Shown here in pieces: positions 39,663-50,400 of a stretch of DNA of 64,000 bases. The stretch is taken from assembly GCA_019057865.1 (NCBI GenBank), contig JAHLWP010000006.1:64001-128000 (forward strand), written 5' to 3'. The stretch comes from Promethearchaeota archaeon (GTDB lineage: Archaea > Asgardarchaeota > Lokiarchaeia > Sigyniarchaeales > SOKP01). The notes below the pieces were generated by a model. That model was given only the letters and a program-made list of their open reading frames with translations. It made no database searches and was not told the DNA's origin. Within the stretch, counting starts at the first letter, position 1, and every line of letters begins with the position of its first letter. The position numbers were made by a program, and so were the translations under genes.

Positions 39663-40697
39663 TTAAAATGGAAAAATAGCAGTTAAAATATTATTTTTAA
39701 AATTGGCTTTAATAATCCTTGCTTTAATTTTTTTACCTAATAGTTCTGGTGAATATATCATTGGTTTTTTTAATAACACTTTTATTCCCATATTTGTATC
39801 AATTTTCCCTATACATTCATGTTTCCATCGTCCATTAGATACAATCTTTAAGTCAACTATGTCATTTTTTTTTAGATTTAAAGGCATTGTTTTCTCTCTT
39901 TTATGAATACCAAAATCAATTGGACCAAGTTTTAATTTAATATCATATTTTTTTTCCAATTTGGTTAGTTGAGTATAAAAATAATCCCAAGATTTAGGAC
40001 GTATTTTCTTTAATTTCCGACCAGTTCGGTATATCAAATATTTTTGAATCCCTAATTGAATTTTTTTTTCTGAATATCCTTCTCTTCTTTTATTAACCAC
40101 GAGTTTTATAATTTCTTCAATATCCTCATCATTTTCCCTTGGAAACCAAACTGGTGCAAGTAATACATTAATATTGGAATCAAGTAAAAGATCAATATTG
40201 GCTAGTAATCTATCCATATCATATTCTTTACATGCACATAAATAACTTGCCTTGCTTGGACTTAAAGTATTTAAGCTGATATTAATTTGAGTAAGATTTG
40301 CATTTTCTAGTTTCTTTATAGTCTTTTTGTTTAGCATTAAACCATTACTCTGCATAGAAATTCGTTCTATTCCATCAATTTCCCATAATTTCTCTAATAG
40401 AATAAATAATTCAGAATATAGTAAAATTTCTCCATAGGGAGCAATATGAATTTCAATATCATAATTACCTTTTATTTGGATAGTATTTTCTAAAGTTGCA
40501 ATTAAATAATCTGATGCTACAATAAAATTGGTTTTATAATCTCCTGCACTTACAAAACAATATCGGCATTTTAGATTGCATAATGTCAATGGTTTTAATT
40601 CAACAATATTTGTACCTCTATCGATTACTCCTATAAAATCGACTCCGTATAAGGGAATATCCGATTTTTCATTAACATAAATAACTTCAGAGGACAT
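39663..40697 (-). CDS. Archaeal radical SAM protein with C-terminal TRAM-like domain
   Basis: IPLYG..FIGVIDRGTN; CNLKCRYC. Confidence 0.88.
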   Translation of the reverse strand: MSSEVIYVNEKSDIPLYGVDFIGVIDRGTNIVELKPLTLCNLKCRYCFVSAGDYKTNFIVASDYLIATLENTIQIKGNYDIEIHIAPYGEILLYSELFILLEKLWEIDGIERISMQSNGLMLNKKTIKKLENANLTQINISLNTLSPSKASYLCACKEYDMDRLLANIDLLLDSNINVLLAPVWFPRENDEDIEEIIKLVVNKRREGYSEKKIQLGIQKYLIYRTGRKLKKIRPKSWDYFYTQLTKLEKKYDIKLKLGPIDFGIHKREKTMPLNLKKNDIVDLKIVSNGRWKHECIGKIDTNMGIKVLLKKPMIYSPELLGKKIKARIIKANFKNNILTAIFPF

Positions 40698-40704
40698 ATT
40701 TTTT

Positions 40705-41778
40705 TTAAAATTTGTATCTTAAAATACCTATAATTGAACCTAAATCGACTATTTGTCGCCCAGTGGGATGCTCACTACTTAAAATATTTATCATGCCACC
40801 AGAATTTTCTACATCTGTTATTATCTTCTCTATACCGAGTTTATGTTTCTTGCTAGCTCCCCTTATCATAGTATCAGCTAAAAATAATTCTTTGATAGCT
40901 CCTTTTTCTGCGGCTGGTGAAACTTCATTTATGCCTATGACAATAAGATCTGCATCTGTACTAAATATTCTAAAAATTTCTTCAATTTTTTCTGATTCTA
41001 ACAAGATTTTGGCATTCAATTTTAACTTTCCCAATTCTTTTGATTTTAATGCTTCTAATATTGCACTTTCAGTACCAGAGCTCGCATAGACACTTCTAAT
41101 TTCAGAAATTTTTTGAGAATTTATTTTATCTCTTATATATTTTATAAAAAGATCTCGTGTGTTGCCAGGACCGCAAACAATAATTAAATTTATTTGAATA
41201 TTTTTCAAATTTTCTTTCAAAACTTTTTTTATATCTTCAAAAAATTCTAAAATTGCTTTATTTCTGTAAGATTGTTCATATCTTTTACCTGGAATATTCT
41301 TTTTTATTGTAGCAATTCTTTTATGACTAAAATTCGTAATGATTGCCAAGGTCGCAAGCCCTCGCTCGATTGCAATGAAAAACATGACAAAGTTAGATTC
41401 AAATTTAGATGTTTCTTGTAAACGTGATATTTCAGTTTTTAACCATTTTTCTTTATTTATTGTCAATTTCTGCCCAATTTCAATATTAAATGTATGATAT
41501 GTCCCATAGCTCACAAAATCCTCAGGCCCCTCTAAAATTGTTCCTTTTATTCTTAGCCTATTTGTAAATTCATGGAAGGATACGTCCTCAACATTTAATT
41601 TTAAATACATAGGTTTTCTCTCGCCTTTAGATCCTTCTTTCAGAACTATTCTTCGCTGAGTTCGAGCAGCTACTTTATCATTTTTAGAGACAAGATTAAA
41701 TAAAATCCAAAGATCATATAAACTTTCAATTTTCACTGTAATTTCTTGTTGCTTCTGATTGTACTCAAGGATTTTCAA
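40705..41778 (-). CDS. pelA: mRNA surveillance protein Pelota
   Basis: DLW.L; RLRIKG; YHT; PGK; SSEHPTG..GILRY. Confidence 0.95.
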   Translation of the reverse strand: MKILEYNQKQQEITVKIESLYDLWILFNLVSKNDKVAARTQRRIVLKEGSKGERKPMYLKLNVEDVSFHEFTNRLRIKGTILEGPEDFVSYGTYHTFNIEIGQKLTINKEKWLKTEISRLQETSKFESNFVMFFIAIERGLATLAIITNFSHKRIATIKKNIPGKRYEQSYRNKAILEFFEDIKKVLKENLKNIQINLIIVCGPGNTRDLFIKYIRDKINSQKISEIRSVYASSGTESAILEALKSKELGKLKLNAKILLESEKIEEIFRIFSTDADLIVIGINEVSPAAEKGAIKELFLADTMIRGASKKHKLGIEKIITDVENSGGMINILSSEHPTGRQIVDLGSIIGILRYKF

Positions 41779-41920
41779 TTATAATTACATACTCCTTAGA
41801 AAAAATCTTTAAATTATAGAATAATGGATAATAAAAAAATTAAATCATATAAACTGAAGCTGATATAAGTTCAATCTTAAAAATAAATAAAAAAAATATA
41901 GAAAATATCAAAAAAAATCT

Positions 41921-42073
41921 TTATTTCTCTCCTAAAGCTTCTTTAACCTTTTCCAATTCTTCCATACGTTTCTTTTTCTCTTCTTCTCTCTTCTTTAATT
42001 CTTCAGGATCTGGCTTTTCAAGAGATACACCTTTCTTTATTGCCTCTTTAAGTTCATTATTAAGTTCGGGCAT
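41921..42073 (-). CDS. 50-aa WH2-like micro-protein, absent from ORF track
   Basis: MPELNNELKEAIKKGVSLEKPDPEELKKREEEKKKRMEELEKVKEALGEK; AGGTG Shine-Dalgarno; T-rich tract after the stop. Confidence 0.8.
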   Translation of the reverse strand: MPELNNELKEAIKKGVSLEKPDPEELKKREEEKKKRMEELEKVKEALGEK

Positions 42074-42168
42074 TTTTATATTACACCTTTAAATCTTTAA
42101 TTAGAGAATATAATTTTTTTATACGAATATTATAATAGAATTTATTTATAAGTTTTAGTTTATAGTAA

Positions 42169-42618
42169 TTAAGTGCTTAATTCCATTAAGTAAGCATCTT
42201 CACCCGATTGATAATAATTTTCTATTATTTTAGAGTTTTTTTGAAAATTGAATTTTTCATACAATTTTATTGCGATAGAATTATTTACTTGGACATTTAG
42301 AACAATTTTTTTAATTTCCTTTAATCTTTTAATCCTTTCTATTGTTTCTTGTAGAAGTAATGATCCATACCCTTTGCTTTGAAATTGGGGATGAATAAGA
42401 AAATTAATTAAATTGGCTTGATCTTCTCTATCTTTTATGACAACTATAAATCCTATTAACTTTTTCATAATTTTACCATCCTCTAGCTTTAAAAAGAGTA
42501 TATTTTGCTGAATTAGTTTTTCAACTAATTTTATTGAAAAAGCATTTTCTTTAAATATGTGATGTTCGAGATTAGAAATACTTCTTAAATCTCTTATACT
42601 TACATCTTTAATTTTCAT
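42169..42618 (-). CDS. RimI/Ard1-like GNAT N-acetyltransferase
   Basis: HPQFQSKGYGS; N..AIKLYEKFNF; YYQSGEDAYLM. Confidence 0.9.
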   Translation of the reverse strand: MKIKDVSIRDLRSISNLEHHIFKENAFSIKLVEKLIQQNILFLKLEDGKIMKKLIGFIVVIKDREDQANLINFLIHPQFQSKGYGSLLLQETIERIKRLKEIKKIVLNVQVNNSIAIKLYEKFNFQKNSKIIENYYQSGEDAYLMELST

Positions 42619-43759
42619 TAAAACCATATTCCTTTTTAAATTCATTAATAGGATTTTTTTCTGTTATCTGCTGATATCTTGAAATTCTAAATGGTGTCAT
42701 TTCTACTATATAGCCTTGTAAGTGGTACTTTTCTAATAGAGATATGAAATCATTATTTATTGAAATATAAAATGGAATTTTCATATTTTCTCCGTTAAAT
42801 GATATGAGATTTTGGTTGATTTTTAATTCAGACAATAAAATCTTATGAAACTCTTCCAAATTCTTTCCTTTCCCCTCTAATTGAGCAAAAACTAAAAGAC
42901 CTTCTTCGGTTATAACTTCAAATGGTAATTTAATATTTTTTGCCCTTCTAAGGTATCTATTTTTCAATTGATAATAATCTTTAGCCATTATAGAGCAGAA
43001 ATGTATTTTTAAAGAAACAGATGGATATAATTTTTTAATCAGTTTAAAGGCAGTTTCTTGACTGTTAACTACAGATGCCATTGAGCCTTCCTTCAATTTA
43101 AAACCTCTATTTTTTAATGTTTCACTATTAGAAAAACAAAATTCAAATTCATTTAAATTTATAAAGTCTGCTCCAATATTATCTAAAAAAATTATAAATT
43201 CTTCAAGACTTTTTATATAATCTTTATCTGGAATAACTGGTACTTCAGCTCCTACATATATTCCCTTATTTAAAGCATTTCTAATATTATCCCATTTTTC
43301 TTTAGGTGGATGGAATCTGATTTCATCCAATCCTGCCTTAGCAAGTTCATTAGCAATAGATTCATCAAAATTTATGCCATTTGTATAAAGATGGACATGG
43401 AACCTTTTTCCTTTTTTTAATTTAACATATCTAATGTATTGAAGAGTTTTTTCTAAATTCAATTCTAAAAGTGGCTCTCCACCAGTTATACTCATTCCTT
43501 TTGCACTTATTTTATTAATTTCTTCAACTAACTCCTCTTTCGAGTCTATCTGTATCTCATCTGCGTATGTAATATCTTTTCCTCTCCTTTTATCTGAGAT
43601 AGGACAATACCAAGAACAATGATTAGGCTTTTGGCAAATTCCATTTAAAAATAAAACTGCTTTAGCTCCTTTTAGACAATATTTACATCCTAAGGGAATC
43701 CCTCTTCCTTTGATATAAAATGATTCACTCTCCGCTTCTACTATTTTAGTTTTTTTCAT
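42608..43759 (-). CDS. Archaeal radical SAM protein
   Basis: GCKYC..GAK; CQKPNHCSWYCP; ITGGEP; DEIRFHP. Confidence 0.9.
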   Translation of the reverse strand: MKKTKIVEAESESFYIKGRGIPLGCKYCLKGAKAVLFLNGICQKPNHCSWYCPISDKRRGKDITYADEIQIDSKEELVEEINKISAKGMSITGGEPLLELNLEKTLQYIRYVKLKKGKRFHVHLYTNGINFDESIANELAKAGLDEIRFHPPKEKWDNIRNALNKGIYVGAEVPVIPDKDYIKSLEEFIIFLDNIGADFINLNEFEFCFSNSETLKNRGFKLKEGSMASVVNSQETAFKLIKKLYPSVSLKIHFCSIMAKDYYQLKNRYLRRAKNIKLPFEVITEEGLLVFAQLEGKGKNLEEFHKILLSELKINQNLISFNGENMKIPFYISINNDFISLLEKYHLQGYIVEMTPFRISRYQQITEKNPINEFKKEYGFNEN

Positions 43760-44463
43760 CTTTTGAATAATTTTTTTCTTACAATAGATTTTCTATTAGC
43801 TAATTTTTTTAATACTTCTTCTGTAGATTCATTAATCTGGATTTCTTTTTTCAAGAATACTCCTGTTCTTCCATATTTTTCTCTTCTTAAAAGTACATTT
43901 TTACGTTCATTAATAGTATTAATACTTATATCTACTTCCTTTGCTGCAATCCCTTCATTTCCTATAATTGATATTTCTTCATGCCCTTGTAAATTGGGTT
44001 TGATTAATACTAATCTTTTATCTATTCCAGCAGCTCTAATATCTGATTTTAATTGATTTAAATTAATTTTACCTCCAAAATCATAAAATTCTATAAATTT
44101 TTTATCAATTTTAGATAAGGGAACAGTTATGGATTCTAATTCGCTTAAATGAATATACAATTTTATTGCATCTAGTGGAGTTGCCATAATAATTTCTCTA
44201 AAATAATTTTCAAATCCATTTTTATTTAAGATAAATTCAATCTGAAATACTGGTATTTGTGCCAGAAATATTATATCAATATCACTAGCTTTATGGACAT
44301 CACCACGGGCAATACTTCCATGCACATAAGGTTCAAAATCTCCTTTATTAAATATTTCTAATAATTTTATTGCATTCTCTCTTTTTTCTTTTAAGAGAGA
44401 CCAATGAGTTTTTGGATATGTTATGGTGCTATAATGATCTCTTAAAATTTTTTCTTTTTTCAT
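43756..44463 (-). CDS. Pol-beta superfamily nucleotidyltransferase
   Basis: HGSIARGDVH..SDIDI; GIDKRL; GRTGVF. Confidence 0.9.
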   Translation of the reverse strand: MKKEKILRDHYSTITYPKTHWSLLKEKRENAIKLLEIFNKGDFEPYVHGSIARGDVHKASDIDIIFLAQIPVFQIEFILNKNGFENYFREIIMATPLDAIKLYIHLSELESITVPLSKIDKKFIEFYDFGGKINLNQLKSDIRAAGIDKRLVLIKPNLQGHEEISIIGNEGIAAKEVDISINTINERKNVLLRREKYGRTGVFLKKEIQINESTEEVLKKLANRKSIVRKKLFKR

Positions 44464-44472
44464 AAACTAATT

Positions 44473-45309
44473 TCAATTTTTCGCTTTTAATAATTTATTC
44501 TCTATTAAGCTTATAATCATACCTAAAAGGATGGTTTCATAATAATTAAATGAATATTTTGCTTTTTTTATTGTTATTATGTTAAGCTTCTTTTCTTTTT
44601 GATGATTGTATAGGCTTAATAATCGCTTTAAGTTTTTATTATTCAAAATAAAAATTGATCTTTTACTAAATATTGTATATAATTGCGAATTTAGAGGAGA
44701 GGATTTGAATATATCATTATAATTCTTAATATTTTCATTATTTAACTTCGGATTAATTAATATCATACCACAATTTTTAGGATCAGTTAATATTGATGTG
44801 TAAGAGAGAGAGGATTTAGAATAATTTAACAATAGATAATTTAAATTAAATTCTGAGTCTATTTCTTTAAAAAAATCTATTACAGTTGAAATAAGGTGCC
44901 TTATATTATCTAAGAGTGCTTTATCAAACAGATTATTGTTTTTATCAAGCCTAATTTTAAGCCTCAAGTTAATAACATTAAAACCATAACTACTTAACCC
45001 CTCTGTCAAAATATAAAGTATCCTTTTCTTGTAGTTTGTTCTTAGAATTATTATTAATGGTTTTTTGTTAATCTCTTCTCTTAAAGAAAGATTTCTTGTT
45101 AAAGTCCATTTACTAGTAGATATTGATTGATTATTGATTTCTAATGGTGGTTTACGATAAGAAATAAATTCTAATGCTTCATTGGAAAAAGAAAATCTCC
45201 AGCGATGAGTTAGCTTATATAACTTAACACCTAGTAATAATAAAATTAATAGGACAATTATGATGGTATCAATAAATATCCAATCCAATTGAAAAATGTC
45301 ATTTGACAT
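44473..45309 (-). CDS. Membrane-anchored hypothetical protein (degenerate alpha/beta-hydrolase-like)
   Basis: N-terminal TM; KPLIII..LSSYGFNV..LLNYS..GMILINP pattern. Confidence 0.55.
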   Translation of the reverse strand: MSNDIFQLDWIFIDTIIIVLLILLLLGVKLYKLTHRWRFSFSNEALEFISYRKPPLEINNQSISTSKWTLTRNLSLREEINKKPLIIILRTNYKKRILYILTEGLSSYGFNVINLRLKIRLDKNNNLFDKALLDNIRHLISTVIDFFKEIDSEFNLNYLLLNYSKSSLSYTSILTDPKNCGMILINPKLNNENIKNYNDIFKSSPLNSQLYTIFSKRSIFILNNKNLKRLLSLYNHQKEKKLNIITIKKAKYSFNYYETILLGMIISLIENKLLKAKN

Positions 45310-45333
45310 AATTTTAAAAGTTTATAAATTAAA

Positions 45334-45648
45334 TCATTCTACAACTTCTCTAATCCAATTTAAATAAGTTTCAGAACCCTTTTCTATTTTAAGGCCAATG
45401 CATTCTGGTTCTGAATAGGAATGAATTTCGTTAACTTTTCGAATTAATAGATCACTTTTCTCTTCTACTGTTTTGATTAGTAGTAGATATTCATTGTCTT
45501 CTTCAATTTTTCCCTTCCATTTATATAGAGAAAAAATATCTTTTATTATATTGACACAAGCAGCTAGTTTATTCTCAACTAAAATTCTTGCAATTCTTTG
45601 TCCTTCTTCAAAATTGGGCACGGTAACCAAGAATAGGTAAAAATTCAT
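45334..45648 (-). CDS. cutA: Divalent-cation tolerance protein CutA
   Basis: LVENKLAACVN; Y.WKG; HSYSEPE; YLNWI. Confidence 0.95.
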   Translation of the reverse strand: MNFYLFLVTVPNFEEGQRIARILVENKLAACVNIIKDIFSLYKWKGKIEEDNEYLLLIKTVEEKSDLLIRKVNEIHSYSEPECIGLKIEKGSETYLNWIREVVE

Positions 45649-45884
45649 TTTAAATATTGCTTTTCTATAATTACTTATGAGTAATGAATTAATTAGGAAT
45701 TAATTGTTTTTCTATTATTTATCTTTACATTTAATTATTAAAGAATTATGAAATAAGATAAATGATAACTTCTTTTACTTATAAAGAAATTTAAATTAGT
45801 AAAGTATTATTAAATATACAATTAGAATATTTTTTAAAAATAATAATCAAGTGAAAAACTGAAAATAAGAGGTGAAATAACCGT

Positions 45885-46610
45885 TTGATTCACAATCTAT
45901 ACCTTATAGATCAAATATCGGGTATTTGCCTAATCCATCGGAAGTATGGGACGATAGAATTTAATCAAGATTTAGTTAGTGGTTTTCTTACCGCCTTAAA
46001 GGATTTTAGCGTCGAATTCTCGAAGGGATCGGGGGAATTGAAGATAATTGATATGAGAGTGTTCTATTTGCTGCTTGTTTTTCAGGAGGGAGTACTATGT
46101 ACGGTAGCAGCGGATAAGAATGACGATGCTAAAATTGCGCATAAAGCATTAACAGAGATTATTAATAGATTTGCTAATAGATTTAGAGGTGAGCTTGACA
46201 ATTGGTCGGGGGATGTCAGAATATTTCGAGATTTTGAAGGAATAATCGATGAGATTTTACAGACTGGAAAAGTTGCTGAATTAAAGCTAAAGATTCCGAT
46301 ATTAAAGATATTTGAGAGGGATTTTCGCAAAACACAGAAGCAAATAGCTAAGAAAGGATTAGTGATTTCTGAAGAAGATTTGCGAGAGGTTACTGATAAG
46401 AAGCCAGAGTGGACATCGAACAGATTACCTAAACAAATAATTACTCAGGGATTCTTAGATAAGCAAGAATTCAAAATAGCTCACTTAGCGGATGGTTTCC
46501 ATACATTGTCTGAGATTGCAGAAGAATCAGGGCGACCGGAGTCGGAGATACAGAGGATTATGGACAGTTTGGATGATTTAGAATTGCTCTCTTTTATAGA
46601 AATAAAATAA
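45885..46610 (+). CDS. Longin-domain protein with C-terminal winged helix
   Basis: MIHNLYLI..SGICL..DLVSGFLTAL..F; C-terminal ADGFHTLSEIA; GAGGTGA Shine-Dalgarno. Confidence 0.85.
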   Translation: MIHNLYLIDQISGICLIHRKYGTIEFNQDLVSGFLTALKDFSVEFSKGSGELKIIDMRVFYLLLVFQEGVLCTVAADKNDDAKIAHKALTEIINRFANRFRGELDNWSGDVRIFRDFEGIIDEILQTGKVAELKLKIPILKIFERDFRKTQKQIAKKGLVISEEDLREVTDKKPEWTSNRLPKQIITQGFLDKQEFKIAHLADGFHTLSEIAEESGRPESEIQRIMDSLDDLELLSFIEIK

Positions 46611-46735
46611 GATATTAATCTATTTAATAAGGAAATCACATTCTATTTTTATCAATTTACTGAATTCTTCATTTCACTAAATTTTCACTAAATTTTATAA
46701 AACTAAATCAAAAAGTTTTTGAAAATTTATTTCTT

Positions 46736-48220
46736 ATGAAATTTAAGATGAATGTTAATAAGATTGAAGAAAATATTTATGAAATAGCTCCTAAAACTTT
46801 AATGGTACGAATTCGAGGGAAAATTGAAAAATTTCAGATGAATGTACCAGTTCATATATACGCTAATGATTATATTTTAGAAAAAATAAGATCAGATCGA
46901 ACTTTAGATCAAATTACTAATGTTGCATGTTTATCTGGGATACAGAAGCACGCTATTGCACTTTCAGATGCTCATCAAGGATATGGATTTTGTATTGGAG
47001 GAGTTGCAGGTACAGACGCAGAAGATGGTATGATTTCTCCTGGGGGTGTAGGTTATGATATAAATTGTGGTGTAAGATTATTAAGATCTAATTTAATGCT
47101 TAATGATGTTCGAAATATACTTCCAAGTTTATTAAATACAATATTTAAAAATATTCCTTCAGGATTAGGATCTAAAGGTAAATTAAATATTAGTTATTCA
47201 GATTTAGATAATGTTTTAAACGATGGAATGAATTGGGCTCTAGATAAAGGCTATGCAAATGAAGAGGACCTTAAACATTGTGAAGAAGAGGGTTGTTTAA
47301 TGGGTGCTGATGCCAAATTAATATCCCAAAAGGCTAAACAACGAGCAATTAAACAGCTTGGATCATTAGGAAGTGGAAATCATTTTCTTGAGATTCAAAA
47401 AGTTGATGAAATCTATAACGAAAAGATCGCTAAAGAGCTAGGAATCATTAAGAAAAATCAGATCACTATTATGATACATACGGGAAGTAGAGCTTTAGGA
47501 CATCAAGTTTGTACAGATTCCCTACGGAACATTGAACAGGCAATGCATAAATATAATGTTAAGGTTCCAGATAGAGAATTAGCTTGTGTTCCAGCGAATA
47601 CTCCTGAAGCAAAAAATTACTTGTCTAGTATGGCATGTGCGGCTAATTTTGGCTTTACTAACCGTCAATTAATTACTCATTGGATAAGAGAATCGTTTCA
47701 AAATTCATTTAAAAAAGATTTTGATGCATTAGATTTACATTTAATTTATGGTGTATGTCATAATATTTTAAAGATAGAAGAACATGAAATTAATGGTAAA
47801 AAAATGAAATTGAACGTGCATCGAAAAGGGGCAACAAGAGCATTTCCCCCAGGACATCCAGATTTATCTAATGATTATAAATCGATAGGACAACCTGTTT
47901 TAATTCCGGGAACGATGGGTTCTGCTTCATATTTATGTGTTGGTAAACCAAAAGCTATGGATCTCTCATTTGGTTCTACTGCTCATGGTTCTGGAAGAAT
48001 GATGTCAAGAACAAAAGCTAAAAAAAAATATTGGGGTACACAAGTAAAAGAGGACTTAGCAAAAAAAGGAATTTTAGTAAAAAGCGCTTCAATGAAGATA
48101 TTAGCGGAAGAAGCGCCTGGAGCATATAAAGATATTGACCAAGTTGTACAAGTCAGTCATAATCTTGAAATTATTGAAAAGATTGTCAAACTAGTTCCTA
48201 TAGGTGTAGTGAAGGGTTAA
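46736..48220 (+). CDS. rtcB: tRNA-splicing ligase RtcB
   Basis: DAHQGYGF; GYDINCG; GSGNHFLE; HRKGAT; HGSGR; EEAPGAYK. Confidence 0.97.
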   Translation: MKFKMNVNKIEENIYEIAPKTLMVRIRGKIEKFQMNVPVHIYANDYILEKIRSDRTLDQITNVACLSGIQKHAIALSDAHQGYGFCIGGVAGTDAEDGMISPGGVGYDINCGVRLLRSNLMLNDVRNILPSLLNTIFKNIPSGLGSKGKLNISYSDLDNVLNDGMNWALDKGYANEEDLKHCEEEGCLMGADAKLISQKAKQRAIKQLGSLGSGNHFLEIQKVDEIYNEKIAKELGIIKKNQITIMIHTGSRALGHQVCTDSLRNIEQAMHKYNVKVPDRELACVPANTPEAKNYLSSMACAANFGFTNRQLITHWIRESFQNSFKKDFDALDLHLIYGVCHNILKIEEHEINGKKMKLNVHRKGATRAFPPGHPDLSNDYKSIGQPVLIPGTMGSASYLCVGKPKAMDLSFGSTAHGSGRMMSRTKAKKKYWGTQVKEDLAKKGILVKSASMKILAEEAPGAYKDIDQVVQVSHNLEIIEKIVKLVPIGVVKG

Positions 48221-48235
48221 AATCTTTAATTTGAA

Positions 48236-48673
48236 TTAAATATCAAAAACAATATTTATTTTGACTTTATTCTTTTTTTCTTCAATATCCATAAAAGAAT
48301 ATGTTATTGCTTTTACTTCTGTTCCAATTTTATGTTTTTTCTTATCAAATTTCTCTCCTTTTAAAAGTGCCTGTAATTTATATCTGTTTTTGCTTTTTTT
48401 AATTGTTTGTACTATTATATCACCAAATACTAAATCATAAACATCAAATAAATAAAGAAATTCAGAAAGGAAATCAAAGAGCAAGGCTTCTTTATCTTCT
48501 GCTTCAATTTGAATTTTTTTTTCTATTTTTGGTGAAATTTGGTCTAAATCTGGAGTAATAGTAGTCATTAAACTTAGAGCTGTTTGAGAAAAAGCCTCCT
48601 CTAAATTAGAACCCCAACTCTTGACACTCACATCTGCGGTATGATCTAGAAACTTAAAACCTACTTGTTTCAT
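48236..48673 (-). CDS. Archease
   Basis: DHTADV; EVKAITY; C-terminal FDI. Confidence 0.95.
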   Translation of the reverse strand: MKQVGFKFLDHTADVSVKSWGSNLEEAFSQTALSLMTTITPDLDQISPKIEKKIQIEAEDKEALLFDFLSEFLYLFDVYDLVFGDIIVQTIKKSKNRYKLQALLKGEKFDKKKHKIGTEVKAITYSFMDIEEKKNKVKINIVFDI

Positions 48674-48788
48674 CTTTTATAAATAATATTTATGAATATC
48701 AATCAATAAACATTTTTATTTAATTATCTTCTTAGTTTTTAGAAAGATTTTTCTAGAAGTTTTTAAAACTATTCAGAGAAATCTTAAT

Positions 48789-49289
48789 ATGCTTTACACA
48801 ATTCTCGATGATTTAATTTATTATCAAATTATCCATTTCCGTAAAAGATTTTCTAATAAAGAACTTCTACTTTTTAAGTATTTTCATGAAAGAACTAAAG
48901 TTTATCCCCAGAATGTTATCATAATAGGGAAATTTGTATTCTTTTTTGTTAGAAATGAATATTATTTTAAAGCAAATAAGAATTTAAAATATATAAGAAG
49001 GCAGTTCCAAGATAAAAAACTAATAATAATTAGAGCAGAAAACACTTTAATTAAATTATTAATAGGATTTTTCCCAGATCTTTACATACATAATATTGCG
49101 ATAGAAATGAATGCATTCACGGGTAAAAAGTATATAGTAGTTGGAGTTCTTTCTTATCGCGAAAGAGCAATTGCTATCGGGTGTAAGGGAGATTATATTA
49201 AAGCTGTAAATAGATTATTAGAAAATTTCGTAATTTTTGAAAATAATGGTACTCCTATTAAAATAGTATGTAAGGTTGTTAGTTTATAA
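48789..49289 (+). CDS. NusA-like KH-domain protein (divergent)
   Basis: ERAIAIGCKGDYIKAVNRL KH motif. Confidence 0.6.
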   Translation: MLYTILDDLIYYQIIHFRKRFSNKELLLFKYFHERTKVYPQNVIIIGKFVFFFVRNEYYFKANKNLKYIRRQFQDKKLIIIRAENTLIKLLIGFFPDLYIHNIAIEMNAFTGKKYIVVGVLSYRERAIAIGCKGDYIKAVNRLLENFVIFENNGTPIKIVCKVVSL

Positions 49290-49297
49290 TCTCAATT

Positions 49298-50068
49298 TTA
49301 CCACGGAACATCCTTCAAACCAATTACATAGGCGATAGTATTTGCTATAATGCTAACTGCCGGAGTTATTATGAGCAAAAAGATGATAATATGAATATCT
49401 GGTATTAAAAATAAGCGCGGTGAAATGAATCCTGGAACAGAAACAAAAAGTAATGCCATTATGGCAAAATCTAACTGGTCTACAATCCAAAAAGGAGCTC
49501 CACTCTTAATATCAAATCTTCTTTTTAAAAAAGAACCAAATAAATCACCCAAAACGGCACCATAGGAAGCTAATAAGATTCGGATTATTAACACTAAGAA
49601 ATTTACAGGAATTTGTCCTCCTTTAAAATAGTATTCAAATATTTTTACATCATCATAAAGAAGGTATTGTCCTTGAGCAGCAGCATCAACAATAACTTCT
49701 TTTATAGGAGCCCATATGATTGTAAAAAGTAGAAAAAGGAAAAAGGAAATTGGAATGCCAATATATAAAGGTCCTTTTAAACCATTCCAAGTTTTATGAT
49801 CTCCAAATATTCTCCTTCCATCGCGAAAAGTTCGTCCACCGTCAATGGGTTTACCCCCACCAGTAATTACCATTGATGCGTTAGATATATAAGCAGGCAC
49901 AATTAGTAATAAGCTAAATATTAAAAGTGCAATCCAATCTGCCCATTTAAACAAAACTGAAATTACAACATAATCTGCTAAAATTAAGAAGGCAAATAAT
50001 AGTGCTAAAATTATTGCTATTTTTTTATTATTTTTCTCCGCTTCACTTAAAGTATGATTAATAGACAA
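49298..50068 (-). CDS. carS: CDP-archaeol synthase
   Basis: PAYISN; PIDGG..DGRRIFGDHKTW; GDLFGSFLKRR; DQLD. Confidence 0.93.
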   Translation of the reverse strand: MSINHTLSEAEKNNKKIAIILALLFAFLILADYVVISVLFKWADWIALLIFSLLLIVPAYISNASMVITGGGKPIDGGRTFRDGRRIFGDHKTWNGLKGPLYIGIPISFFLFLLFTIIWAPIKEVIVDAAAQGQYLLYDDVKIFEYYFKGGQIPVNFLVLIIRILLASYGAVLGDLFGSFLKRRFDIKSGAPFWIVDQLDFAIMALLFVSVPGFISPRLFLIPDIHIIIFLLIITPAVSIIANTIAYVIGLKDVPW

Positions 50069-50400
50069 TTTAATATATAACCTTAATAAAAACGATTATT
50101 TTATTGGAATAATTGTGTATTTAATCAAATATTTAATTGAATTAAATATTTTTTAATGATTGGATGGTTAATAAGATCTTAATAAATATTGCTCAATAAA
50201 TAATTATCCTTTAAAAGCCTGACAATAATATTATAAATTATTGAAAAGATTTAACAAAAGCAGCTATTAAATCGTTAACATTTTTCTATTAATTTTAAGA
50301 TTAATAATTAACTTTATAAATGCAATAGAAATAGTTCTTGTGTTAATTAATTTCGAATGGAAAAATTTTGATAAAAATTGTGAATCAATGGTGCCAATAA

